A stretch of DNA of 64,000 bases from an uncultured Candidatus Saccharibacteria bacterium (GTDB lineage Bacteria > Patescibacteriota > Minisyncoccia > Phycocordibacterales > DATDWN01), in NCBI GenBank assembly GCA_964603545.1, contig CAZRVD010000002.1:46854-110853 (forward strand), in the 5' to 3' direction. The translations under genes and the position numbers were made by a program. Below, piece after piece: positions 53,710 through 63,441 of the stretch. Numbering within the stretch: the first letter of the stretch is position 1; each line of letters opens with the position of its first letter. Below the pieces are notes generated by a model. That model searched no databases, had not been told where the DNA came from, and was given only the letters and a program-made list of their open reading frames with translations.

Positions 53710-54729
53710 ATGAGATATCTTATTGTTATATCACTATTTATTATAACTTTACTATTTGTTGGTTTTTTTGATTACTCTAGTACAGCATCGGCTCAAGGTC
53801 TTGGAATGAATGATGTTATAAACATTGATTTGGTACCTGCGGTACCAAAGGCAAACGAAACTGTATATGTATTTCTAACTAGTTATGCAACAAATATAGA
53901 CGCTGCCAGTATAACCTGGAGAGTTAATGGAAAAACAATTAAATCTGGCGTTGGAGAAAAAACTTTTAATTTCTCTATGGGAGACGTTGGTAAAATCACA
54001 ACTCTTAGTGTTACAGTAAAAACAACTGATGGTTCCGTAATTGAAAGATCAATCCCCTTAAAACCAATAAGTGTTGATCTTGTGTGGCAAAGTAACGGTT
54101 TTGTCCCGCCGTTTTATAAAGGAAAAGCCCTTTTTAGTCATCAAAATCAAGTGACTGTGATAGCCTCACCACACATACCTAATTCAAGCGGTGGAGAAGT
54201 AAGTCCTAAAAATATCATATATAAGTGGAGGAAGAATGGCTCAGTAGATGAAGGTGCTTCTGGGTTTGGTAAAAACACCTACACTTTTGAAGGATCGCTT
54301 ATATCAAGACCTGTTACTATTGGAGTTGAAGTAACCGCCACTGGTGGAGAAGGAATTGGTTACGCAACCATAAATTTAACCCCAAATGAGCCTGCTATAA
54401 TTTTTTATAAAAAAGACCCTATCTATGGAATAGAATTCCAAAGAGCCTTAGCTGGAACAGTTGAACTAAGTAATTCAAACGAAATCAATATTATTGGCGC
54501 ACCTTTCTTTTATAGTACGGATGACTATTTATCTGAAAAACTAATCTATAAATGGTCAATTAATGGGTCTCCAATAAATAATGCGGTCAGTCAAAGAAAT
54601 CAAGTGCTTAGACAAAAAGAGGGAACTAGTGGGTCATCCAATATTTCCTTGTCTATAGAAAATCCAGGTAAAATACTACAATACTCTTCTTCTAATTTCT
54701 ATCTGCAATTCAAGGACAATAATCAATAA
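53710..54729 (+). CDS. Hypothetical secreted protein
   Basis: The signal peptide MRYLIVISLFIITLLFVGFF starts at the ATG at 53710. The track start at 53662 is probably too early. Confidence 0.5.
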   Translation: MRYLIVISLFIITLLFVGFFDYSSTASAQGLGMNDVINIDLVPAVPKANETVYVFLTSYATNIDAASITWRVNGKTIKSGVGEKTFNFSMGDVGKITTLSVTVKTTDGSVIERSIPLKPISVDLVWQSNGFVPPFYKGKALFSHQNQVTVIASPHIPNSSGGEVSPKNIIYKWRKNGSVDEGASGFGKNTYTFEGSLISRPVTIGVEVTATGGEGIGYATINLTPNEPAIIFYKKDPIYGIEFQRALAGTVELSNSNEINIIGAPFFYSTDDYLSEKLIYKWSINGSPINNAVSQRNQVLRQKEGTSGSSNISLSIENPGKILQYSSSNFYLQFKDNNQ

Positions 54730-54740
54730 TGTAGTAAAAA

Positions 54741-55607
54741 ATGAAAAAAAATATAAAAAAAATAATACCCATAATTACACTGATCATCATGTTAGTGCCA
54801 GGATTTTTTGGAGTGTACGCCCAAACTCCACCACCGAACAACCCGACCCCTTATACCGTACTAACAACACTACCAGGAATAGGGACCCAAACAACACTAA
54901 CTAGTTATCTGCCAGCGGCCTTTAATTTAGCTATTGGTATAGCTGTTGCTCTCGCTTTCGTTATGATTACTTTTGGTGGAGTAACTTACGCCACATCGGA
55001 CGCAATAACAGGCAAGGCAAAAGGAAGGGAGTATATTGAAGATGCATTATGGGGATTGCTTTTAGTAATTGGATCATATGTAATATTAAACACCTTAAAT
55101 CCGCAAATTCTTAACTTTAGTCTGCGTTTTGACAGACCAACTGTACCAGTCTCTAGCGTAACTTTAATCGCAGGAACTCCACTAGACCCCGCAGCCAGAG
55201 CTGATGATGCCTCTGTTAGAGCTACTCTGGTTGGCATAGGAATAAATCACCCCCCTTGTCTTGCTGGAGAAACACAAGGATGTACAAACGTTAACGGACT
55301 TCCAGCTGGGGCTGTTACTGGCCTCTTAACACTGAAGAAGGCATGCAATGGCTGTACTATTATGATAACTGGTGGAACTGAAGGTGGACATGCAACTCAC
55401 GGGCCAGGAAAGCAAATCGTAGACCTAAGGCCTGAAAACGCTTTAAATTATTATATTTGGGGGGATGGCAACACCCCGCCAGACGGAACAACAAGAACAA
55501 AAAACTTACCTAACGGTCAGTCAATAAAGTTTGTTTATGAAACGGCAGGAGGAAATGTCAGGGGAACTTCAACGGGAGCGCATTGGCATACTGTAATATC
55601 AAATTAA
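54741..55607 (+). CDS. T4SS pilin-like (signal peptide + two TM) protein fused to a C-terminal Gly/His-rich domain
   Basis: 288 aa. The N-terminal half has a signal peptide, a Pro-rich linker, and AIGIAVALAFVMITFGG...ALWGLLLVIGSYVILN. Confidence 0.4.
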   Translation: MKKNIKKIIPIITLIIMLVPGFFGVYAQTPPPNNPTPYTVLTTLPGIGTQTTLTSYLPAAFNLAIGIAVALAFVMITFGGVTYATSDAITGKAKGREYIEDALWGLLLVIGSYVILNTLNPQILNFSLRFDRPTVPVSSVTLIAGTPLDPAARADDASVRATLVGIGINHPPCLAGETQGCTNVNGLPAGAVTGLLTLKKACNGCTIMITGGTEGGHATHGPGKQIVDLRPENALNYYIWGDGNTPPDGTTRTKNLPNGQSIKFVYETAGGNVRGTSTGAHWHTVISN

Positions 55608-55608
55608 T

Positions 55609-56829
55609 ATGTCAAAAAAAACCATATTTACGATAACGTTTATTATTCTCCTAATAGTCCTGGCTGGACTAGTAGGATACTACCTAAATAAAAATGATGA
55701 GAGTACTCCTAATGGAACTCCAAGTATTTTTAGAAATTTTTTCCCTTTTGGTGGAAACGACCTTCCAGACAATAACGACACAACCACACCAGAGGATGAC
55801 GGTGATGTAGTAGAAGAACCTGTAGATTTTATACAAAAACTAAGGAGAATCTCTGGAGAGCCTGTGGCTGGAGCAGGACTCCTTGATGTTAAAGCAGGAA
55901 CTATTGTACGTTATATAGAAAAAGCTACAGGGCACATCTTTGAAGTGGAGCTGTTCTCTCCAAGACAAGGTAGAATATCGAACACAACAATTCCACAAGT
56001 GTATGATGCTGTTTGGGGCAACAAAAATGAATCCTTGATGGCTAGATATTTAAAAGAAGATGACCAAACAATAGACACTTATTCACTTTCTATAAAAGAT
56101 ACCAGTACTACAACGGAAAACACGATTTCAGGGATCGCATTTCCGGTAAATCTTAGCGATGTTTCGGTTTTTGGAAATAGTGTTTTTTATCTAGAGAAAA
56201 ATAGTAATTCATCGTACGGCTATATCTCCACATTTAGTGGTTCTGGTAAAAGACTTATTTGGAACTCTCCTCTTACTGAACTTACATCTCAATACGTAAA
56301 TGCAAAAACTGTAGCGCTTACTACAAAACCAGAAGAGAGCACCCCGGGATTCCTATATTTTGTTGACACTAGTACCGGATCAATTCGAAATATCCTTCAA
56401 AACATACTTGGACTTTCTGCTCTTGTTAATGACAATGCTACTGAAGTGTTGTATCTAAACCAAGGAGGTAGATCAGATTTATATTTATATAATTTAAGCA
56501 CTAGAGCAAACTTGAAACTAACGCCCTCTACTTTCCCAGAGAAATGCGTGTGGAGTAAAAAAGATAGAACTGTAGTATATTGTGCCGTACCGAGAGAATC
56601 TGTGGAAACAAATAGTCTAACCTTATGGTATAAAGGTCAAATTCAACTAACGGATGATATTTGGAAATTTGATTTAAAAAATAACTCATCAAGTATTACT
56701 CTGGACCTTAGCAAGGAGTCTGGGGAAACGATAGATGTAATAAAACCTATCTTGTCAGATAGCGAACAGTATTTGGTATTTGTAAATAAAAGAAACAACT
56801 CTCTATGGAGTTTGGACTTGAGTAAATAA
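55609..56829 (+). CDS. Hypothetical membrane-anchored protein
   Basis: 406 aa with an N-terminal TM (IFTITFIILLIVLAGLVGYYL). Confidence 0.45.
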   Translation: MSKKTIFTITFIILLIVLAGLVGYYLNKNDESTPNGTPSIFRNFFPFGGNDLPDNNDTTTPEDDGDVVEEPVDFIQKLRRISGEPVAGAGLLDVKAGTIVRYIEKATGHIFEVELFSPRQGRISNTTIPQVYDAVWGNKNESLMARYLKEDDQTIDTYSLSIKDTSTTTENTISGIAFPVNLSDVSVFGNSVFYLEKNSNSSYGYISTFSGSGKRLIWNSPLTELTSQYVNAKTVALTTKPEESTPGFLYFVDTSTGSIRNILQNILGLSALVNDNATEVLYLNQGGRSDLYLYNLSTRANLKLTPSTFPEKCVWSKKDRTVVYCAVPRESVETNSLTLWYKGQIQLTDDIWKFDLKNNSSSITLDLSKESGETIDVIKPILSDSEQYLVFVNKRNNSLWSLDLSK

Positions 56830-57549
56830 TTAAACTACTGCGATGGATTTATGATATTTTCTCTTTATGTAGAGCTCTTGAACAATAGAAAATAAGTTAC
56901 TGACAAAGAGATATAGGGCAACGGCAGAGGAGATGTTATATATAATAATTGTTATAAATGGTGGTAGAAAATATTTCATTTGGAAAGACATAGCCTTTGC
57001 CATTTCACTCTGTTTACTTTTGTCTTGTGACTCTGTCTGACCAGAAGTAGCTATGCTTGTTTGAAAGTAAGTAGTAATACCAACAAGGAGAGCCAGGATT
57101 AGACTTTTTTCTGCCATATTTATAAGTCCTAAGAACATCATATCTACAGAAGGTGGAATAGAAATAAAACTATATAGAAGACTTGTGTTTATTTCCGGTA
57201 GTCCTATAAATACCCTATAAAGACCAATAAGAATTGGTATTTGAATAAGAATAATAAAAATACCAGTGAATGGATTCATCCCTTTTTCCTTATAGTACTC
57301 CATTATCTTCACCCCTTGTTCGTTTTTGTCTTTATATTTTTCCTTAATAAGAGCAAGATCTTTTTCTGCACTCTTCATCTCGAGTTGGGACCTGGAAGCC
57401 TTGATGGAGAGGGGAAGTAGTACAAGTTTGGTAATGATAGTAAATATAATAATCACCACACCAACATCAAAAAATGGTAGTAGGTTTATTAAAAATACAA
57501 GGCCACTATATAGTGGCTCGGATATGATGGTGTGAAATATTGATGTCAT
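56830..57549 (-). CDS. yidC: Membrane protein insertase YidC (short form)
   Basis: 239 aa with 5 TM helices, in the rpmH-rnpA-yidC synteny. Confidence 0.85.
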   Translation of the reverse strand: MTSIFHTIISEPLYSGLVFLINLLPFFDVGVVIIIFTIITKLVLLPLSIKASRSQLEMKSAEKDLALIKEKYKDKNEQGVKIMEYYKEKGMNPFTGIFIILIQIPILIGLYRVFIGLPEINTSLLYSFISIPPSVDMMFLGLINMAEKSLILALLVGITTYFQTSIATSGQTESQDKSKQSEMAKAMSFQMKYFLPPFITIIIYNISSAVALYLFVSNLFSIVQELYIKRKYHKSIAVV

Positions 57550-57553
57550 TTGA

Positions 57554-57901
57554 CTATATTATCACAAGAGTAGAAGAAAGTAATCCGTTGATCTCTTTCT
57601 CTAACAGAGAATAGTCCTTTTCAAAACCCTTTTTATATAAAAAGAACACAAAAAACCCAGGTTTAATCTTTTTCAAATTTCTGCTAATCACAGAATATCC
57701 TCGCCTTCTAAGTTTATTTCTGTCTACTGCTCTTTTTAAAACCTTTTTAGAAACCGAAAAGGAGAACTTGCTGTCTGGCAAACCATTGCCTACATCCATT
57801 TTAGCTAAATAAAGGGTAAAGGAAGGAGAATTATACCTCTTTCCTTGGCTCATTATTTGACCAAAATATTTTCTCTCTATTCTTCTTTTTTTAGGCAACA
57901 T
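57554..57901 (-). CDS. rnpA: Ribonuclease P protein component
   Basis: 115 aa with the basic RNR motif KKVLKRAVDRNKLRRR. Confidence 0.85.
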   Translation of the reverse strand: MLPKKRRIERKYFGQIMSQGKRYNSPSFTLYLAKMDVGNGLPDSKFSFSVSKKVLKRAVDRNKLRRRGYSVISRNLKKIKPGFFVFFLYKKGFEKDYSLLEKEINGLLSSTLVII

Positions 57902-57933
57902 TTTGTATAGAAGTATAGTGGGTCTAAGGAGAA

Positions 57934-58071
57934 TTAGACGGTAGAAAGTTTAGTCCGACCCTTTCTTCTTCTTCTAAGGAGTGTGTTTTGCCCTGTTTTT
58001 GACTTACTTCTGGTTAGAAATCCGTGAGCTCTTGCTCTTTTTCTCTTTTTCGGTTGATATGTTTGCGACAT
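57934..58071 (-). CDS. rpmH: 50S ribosomal protein L34
   Basis: Minus strand reads [45 protein letters not shown]. It is below the ORF-track cutoff. Confidence 0.9.
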   Translation of the reverse strand: MSQTYQPKKRKRARAHGFLTRSKSKTGQNTLLRRRRKGRTKLSTV

Positions 58072-58182
58072 GTTTTAATGTTTAAAATTTATTGTTATTA
58101 ACACCTTGTACACACATTATTAACATAAATGAATGTATTTAACAAGTGCTATCTTTTTTTCTTTTCTATATAATATGAAACT

Positions 58183-59523
58183 ATGATGGAAAACAAAAAG
58201 CTTTGGGATGGTGTCTTGGTTGAAATGGAGTTAAATCTATCCAAACCAAACTTCAATACTTGGTTCAAAGACACATTTATAGTTAAACAAGAGAACGGCG
58301 CGGTTCACCTTGGAGTCCCAAACACTTTTGTACAAGACTGGCTCAGTAGTAAATTCCACAACACCATCCTAAAAGCCTTAAGAAACATCTCCAGTAACGT
58401 CCAATCACTACACTACACTATCTCTAGGGAAGACATGAAAGAGAGAGCTTTATCAGAGAAACCCCAACAAACCACAAGGGAGTTACCGATCGCAGATACC
58501 TATATAAATAAGGAAGACAATCTTAACCCTAGATACACCTTTGATACTTTTGTGGTCGGGCCATTTAATGAATTTGCCCACGCAGCCAGCCAAGCAGTAA
58601 TTAAAAAACCTGGAATAGTTTACAACCCGCTATTTGTTTATGGGGGAACTGGACACGGAAAAACTCACCTTATACAAGCCATGGGTAATTACTTAAAAAG
58701 TTCTGGGAATAGAAAAGTTTTTTATACTACTTCAGAAAAGTTTTCTCAGGAACTCGTTAATGCCATACAAGCAAACAGGCCAAACTTTTTTAAGGAGAAA
58801 TACAGAAAATATGATGTTTTAATAATGGATGATGTTCAGTTTTTCTCTGGAAAAATGAAAACCCAGGAAGAGTTGTTCCATTTGTTTAATCATTTATACG
58901 AGAACAACAAACAGATAATCTTCTCCTCAGATAAGCACCCAGCCCTGATCCAAGACCTTGAAGATCGCCTCAAATCCAGATTTAGTGCTGGAATGACTGT
59001 AGACATACCCACACCAGACAATGAGTCCAGAATTGCCATTATTAGAGCTAAATTGAACAGTAGTGAGTATCCGCTGTCTAAAGAGGTTATTGAGTATCTA
59101 GCATACTCAATAAATGGAAACATTAGGGAACTAGAAGGAATAATAAACTCAATAACCTGCCAGTCACAACTTAAAGGTAGAGAACTTTCACTTTCAGAGG
59201 TTAAAAATTTTGTTAAAAACAACACTAGACCTAAAAAAATAATTTCAATAAAAGAGGTTGTCAAAACTGTTTCTGATTTTTATAACATAGAAGAACAATT
59301 AATTTACGACAAGACTCGCAAAAAAGAGATTATAAAACCTCGACAAATAATCATGTATATCTTACGTGAAGATTTTAACATCTCTTTCCCTGCAATAGGG
59401 GAAAAACTTGGTGGAAGAGATCATACAACCGTTATGCACTCGTGTGAAAAAATTAAAAATGATGTAAAAACAGACGAACTTTTACTACAAGAGATAAACC
59501 AACTGCGGTCTATCTTTGTGTAA
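58183..59523 (+). CDS. dnaA: Chromosomal replication initiator DnaA
   Basis: 446 aa. Walker A GGTGHGKTHL, box VII, and the C-terminal DNA-binding HTH (GGRDHTTVMH). Confidence 0.95.
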   Translation: MMENKKLWDGVLVEMELNLSKPNFNTWFKDTFIVKQENGAVHLGVPNTFVQDWLSSKFHNTILKALRNISSNVQSLHYTISREDMKERALSEKPQQTTRELPIADTYINKEDNLNPRYTFDTFVVGPFNEFAHAASQAVIKKPGIVYNPLFVYGGTGHGKTHLIQAMGNYLKSSGNRKVFYTTSEKFSQELVNAIQANRPNFFKEKYRKYDVLIMDDVQFFSGKMKTQEELFHLFNHLYENNKQIIFSSDKHPALIQDLEDRLKSRFSAGMTVDIPTPDNESRIAIIRAKLNSSEYPLSKEVIEYLAYSINGNIRELEGIINSITCQSQLKGRELSLSEVKNFVKNNTRPKKIISIKEVVKTVSDFYNIEEQLIYDKTRKKEIIKPRQIIMYILREDFNISFPAIGEKLGGRDHTTVMHSCEKIKNDVKTDELLLQEINQLRSIFV

Positions 59524-59734
59524 AAGATTGTGTATAGTGTGTATATAAGTTCTTGGTAATATTGTAAAAAGTGTTAATTGTTTAAGTAGATTTATAGGTT
59601 TTATATCTTTATATATAACTTATTAACATTTCAAATCATATAAAATGGCTAATATTAAGGATATATTAATCTTTTCCAGTTTTACACAGGATATATAATA
59701 ATTAATCTTAAAAGAAATAAATTAAACTAATACT
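59524..59734. other. Candidate oriC / DNA unwinding region (dnaA-dnaN intergenic, extremely AT-rich)
   Basis: By position, between rpmH-rnpA-yidC, dnaA and dnaN. Only degenerate DnaA-box-like 9-mers are present: TGTGTATAG, TGTGTATAT and TTTTACACA, each 2 mismatches from TTATCCACA. Confidence 0.45.
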
Positions 59735-60835
59735 ATGAACATAGAATGTATTAAGGACAAACTTTCATACGCTATTGGAAAAGCTGAAAAAATTACAGGT
59801 AAAAATATTACACTACCTATATTAGGTTGTGTACTCCTTGAGGCTGACAAATCAACATTAACAATAAAAGCTACAAATTTAGATTTAGGTATAGAGATAA
59901 ATATTCCTGTAAAGGTAATAAAACCAGGAAAAGTAGCTGTTTCTGGTTCGGTTTTGTATAATTTTATATCAAACATAATTACTGATAAAAATGTTTCTTT
60001 GGAGGTTGTAGATGGAAATTTAAAAGTGTCAACAAAACATTCAGAATCAACAATAAAATCATTCCCAATTGATGATTTTCCAAATATTCCAAAAGTGTCT
60101 AGTGATAATCCTTTTACATTTAACGCTCCAAATTTAATAAAAGGATTAAAATCTGTAATGTATAGTTCTTCCGTTTCAACAATAAGGCCGACACTTTCTA
60201 GTGTTTTGGTTTTATCTGAAGACGAAGAGGTTGTTTTTGTCGCAACAGACTCCTTTAGGTTGGGAGAAAAGAAGATTGGAGTAAAAAAACACAAAGATTT
60301 TAATCAAATTCTTATACCCTTTAAAAACATAGGGGAGATTATAAGAGTTTTAGAAGATATAAAAGATGATGTTTTGGTTTTTCTAAATGAAAATCAAATA
60401 GCTTTTTCTTACGGAGATATATATATTACATCGAGGGTAATAGACGGTGTTTTTCCTGATTACAAACAAATAATTCCAAAAGATACAAAAACTGAGGTTA
60501 TAGTTTTAAAACAGGATTTCATAAGCTCTCTGAAAATATCAAACATTTTCGCTGATAAATTTAGTCAAGTCACTTTCTTTATCTCTCCCAAAAATAACCT
60601 TTTTAAAGTTTCAACAAAAAATATGGATGTAGGAGAAAGTATAAGTAATATAGATGCGGTTTTAAAAGGGGAAGAATTATCTATAAGTTTTAACTATAAA
60701 TATATAGTAGACTGTTTTCAATCTATAGACAGCGATAGCATCTCTCTTTCTTTTTCTGACGCAAACAAACCAATGGTAATAAGAGGGGTTTCGGATAAAT
60801 CATTTCTCTACCTGGTTATGCCGATGAATAAATAA
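59735..60835 (+). CDS. dnaN: DNA polymerase III beta sliding clamp
   Basis: 366 aa with the three-domain beta-clamp pattern, downstream of dnaA. Confidence 0.9.
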   Translation: MNIECIKDKLSYAIGKAEKITGKNITLPILGCVLLEADKSTLTIKATNLDLGIEINIPVKVIKPGKVAVSGSVLYNFISNIITDKNVSLEVVDGNLKVSTKHSESTIKSFPIDDFPNIPKVSSDNPFTFNAPNLIKGLKSVMYSSSVSTIRPTLSSVLVLSEDEEVVFVATDSFRLGEKKIGVKKHKDFNQILIPFKNIGEIIRVLEDIKDDVLVFLNENQIAFSYGDIYITSRVIDGVFPDYKQIIPKDTKTEVIVLKQDFISSLKISNIFADKFSQVTFFISPKNNLFKVSTKNMDVGESISNIDAVLKGEELSISFNYKYIVDCFQSIDSDSISLSFSDANKPMVIRGVSDKSFLYLVMPMNK

Positions 60836-60958
60836 AGACTTCCAAATCCGGCGAACTCCTGGTTTCAAATTTAAAAATACTCATCATCTTACTGTTTGTA
60901 AGGCTCCTCTCATTTTTAAATTCTCAACTTCGGATTTCATCCAAATTATGAAAGTCTT
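60836..60958 (+). repeat. Post-stop structured repeat, copy E (sense with dnaN, begins at its stop codon)
   Basis: TAA-AGACTTCCAAATCCGGCGAACTCCTGGTTTCAAATTTAAAAATACTCATCATC-[CTTAC TGTTT GTAAG]-GCTCCTCTCATTTTTAAATTCTCAACTTCGGATTTCATCCAAATTATGAAAGTCTT. Aligns with revcomp of copy A. Confidence 0.85.
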
Positions 60959-60969
60959 AACAAAAAACA

Positions 60970-61224
60970 ATGTTAAATATATCTAAATTTTTAGAAAAAT
61001 TTAAAAAAAATATTGAAACTGGAGAGTTGTTGAATAGTAGAATTATTGAGATTGTTAAAAATAAAACTGGGATAGTTTTAAATATTGGTGATTTTGAAAT
61101 AAAAGAAGGTGTGCTCTATTTTAAAACATCACCTATGGTTAGAAACAAACTTTTTATTTATAAAGACGATCTAATAAGAGAAACAAATCTTTTAAGTGGA
61201 TTAAAAATAGTAGATATTAGGTAG
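60970..61224 (+). CDS. Small protein downstream of dnaN, DUF721/DciA-like by position
   Basis: 84 aa. The assignment rests only on size and location. Confidence 0.35.
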   Translation: MLNISKFLEKFKKNIETGELLNSRIIEIVKNKTGIVLNIGDFEIKEGVLYFKTSPMVRNKLFIYKDDLIRETNLLSGLKIVDIR

Positions 61225-61475
61225 GGTTATTGTAAACCCTGACTCATTGCCCAAAGCCTAATAGGGTATTCCCATCTTTCAAATTGAGGATCGCTCTCAG
61301 GAATAATCTCTAAGTTATCTCTAGGAGCATCCTTGTTGAGCCAGTATAAAATAGAATGGACTCCTCCAGAGAGTGTTTCCTGAACTGAATCGTAAGGAAT
61401 ATCACCACCTGTTCCATTTGGAATTACACTAGATATTCCACCTTGCCATTTACCCCTGAGAACTGGTTTTAAGTC

Positions 61476-63404
61476 CTAATAGTCTTCTTTTTGGGGCTTT
61501 GTGAAGGACTCTGGTGGTATTGTTTTCAATACTTCATCCATAAAAGCTCTCCACATAGGGGCAACTATAAGCCCAGAGACCTTCTTTGCCATTGGCGTGT
61601 TGTCGTTATTTCCTGCCCAAGTTCCCACTACAACACTTGGTGTGTATCCAATAGTCCAAGCATCCTTATAGTCGTTTGTTGTTCCTGTTTTTACAGCAAC
61701 TTCTCTGTCTCCAAAATATATAATAGAATTAGCCCCATATAGCGGTGTTCTTGCCACGTTGTCTGAGAGGATATCCGTTATTTTTCTGGCCACTTCTGCA
61801 TCTAACACCACAGAGGGTTTCATTTTTGCCTCTTCCAAAACTTTTCCATTCCTGTCTTCAACTTTAAGTATGCTTATATAAGGGTTTCTGACTCCTTCTG
61901 TGGCAAATACTCCATAGGCTGATGTCATATCAAGGAGAGAAACTTCACCACCTCCCAAAACCAAAGTTAATCCATACTGATTTGCATTTCCAAGTTTTCC
62001 GATTCCCATATTTTGTGCGAGATTAATAGACTCTGATATACCAGCAAGATACAAAGTTTTAACGGCTGGAATGTTTATAGATTGTGCTAAGGCTTCTCTT
62101 AGCGTTATTGGACCTCTAAATTTGTCGTCATAGTTTCCTGGAGAATAACAGTCACCCTCACTTGTCATATCTTCTTTTGGACACCTCGTCGAGAATTGAG
62201 TTTTTAGATCAAACAAAACCGTGTCCGGAGTATAGCCTTTTATAAAAGCTTGTGCGTATACAAACGGTTTGAAGGTTGATCCTGGTTGTCTGTGGGCGGT
62301 GGTTACATTAAAGTTTCCATCCATTTTTGTTTCAAAGTAGTTACGAGAACCAACCATAGTAAGTATTCCTCCCGTTTTTGGGTCTAAAGCAATAAAAGCA
62401 TCATTTGTTCCATTGAAGTTTTTTTCATTTATCTCAGCATATTTTAGAGCAATGGCCTCAGCCTTAGCTTGCAGATCGTAGTTTAAGGTTGTAGTTACTC
62501 GTAATCCTCCTTGCTCTAAAACATCTTTGCCGTATTTTTTCTCCAAATAATCTTTTACAAACATTACAAAATGAGGAGCTTTTATGCCGGTAGAACTCTT
62601 GGGTAAGAAATTTACCTGCTCTTTTGTTGCCTCATCAAACTGTTCCTTGCTAATTTTTCCATCTTCCAACATTTCCTCTAAAACAACATCTTTTCTATCA
62701 TCCAGGTCTTTTTTGTGGGTTCCGTACGGGGAATAGTAAGATGGGGCCTGCGGGAGTGCAGCTAAGTACGCTGCTTCAGCCAAAGTAACCTCTTCTGATG
62801 ATTTTCCAAAAAAGGCCTGACTAGCTTCTTCTACACCGTAGATTGTTCCTCCAAAAGGGTTTTCATTTAAATACATACTGAGTATCTGGTCCTTTGAAAT
62901 TAATTTTTCCAGCTTTAAAGCAAGAACAATTTCCTTTAACTTTCTAATTGGTCCACCAAGAAACGACTTATCTCCTGTTAAAATTGAATTTTTAACAACT
63001 TGTTGAGTTATTGTTGATCCACCTTGTGAGTATTCTCCACTAACGGCGTTAACTATGATAGCTCTTAAAAAAGACGTCGGCTTGAAACCTTTGTGTGTGT
63101 AAAAATCTTTATCTTCTATTGATATCGTGGCATCTTTAATGTTTTTTGAAATATTTTCAATCGGAACTATTGTTCTCTTTGTTTTGTTGTATACATCGTA
63201 CAGAAGCACCTCACCTGTATTGTCATATATTTTTGTAGATTGGCTTACTTTTCTCTCCTCAATAGTGTCTAAAGAGGGGATTTTGAAGGTGGATGCCCAA
63301 ATAGTCATTAACCCCACAAGTATGATACCTGAGGACAATAGAAAAATAACAACATTTCTAACCCCGTGTTTTTGTATGGGATTTGTATACCTTTTTTGAG
63401 ACAT
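61476..63404 (-). CDS. Class A penicillin-binding protein (transglycosylase + transpeptidase)
   Basis: 642 aa. GT51 motifs EDKDFYTHKGF and GGSTITQQ. Transpeptidase motifs STFKP, SIN and KTGT. Confidence 0.9.
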   Translation of the reverse strand: MSQKRYTNPIQKHGVRNVVIFLLSSGIILVGLMTIWASTFKIPSLDTIEERKVSQSTKIYDNTGEVLLYDVYNKTKRTIVPIENISKNIKDATISIEDKDFYTHKGFKPTSFLRAIIVNAVSGEYSQGGSTITQQVVKNSILTGDKSFLGGPIRKLKEIVLALKLEKLISKDQILSMYLNENPFGGTIYGVEEASQAFFGKSSEEVTLAEAAYLAALPQAPSYYSPYGTHKKDLDDRKDVVLEEMLEDGKISKEQFDEATKEQVNFLPKSSTGIKAPHFVMFVKDYLEKKYGKDVLEQGGLRVTTTLNYDLQAKAEAIALKYAEINEKNFNGTNDAFIALDPKTGGILTMVGSRNYFETKMDGNFNVTTAHRQPGSTFKPFVYAQAFIKGYTPDTVLFDLKTQFSTRCPKEDMTSEGDCYSPGNYDDKFRGPITLREALAQSINIPAVKTLYLAGISESINLAQNMGIGKLGNANQYGLTLVLGGGEVSLLDMTSAYGVFATEGVRNPYISILKVEDRNGKVLEEAKMKPSVVLDAEVARKITDILSDNVARTPLYGANSIIYFGDREVAVKTGTTNDYKDAWTIGYTPSVVVGTWAGNNDNTPMAKKVSGLIVAPMWRAFMDEVLKTIPPESFTKPQKEDY

Positions 63405-63441
63405 TCTTCATATTCTAACACATTTATGATAAAGTGATTAA

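Noticed and set aside
59524-59734. Explicit DnaA-box annotation in the dnaA-dnaN spacer
   Set aside because: Only 7/9 matches are present. oriC is kept as a positional inference and no individual boxes are called.
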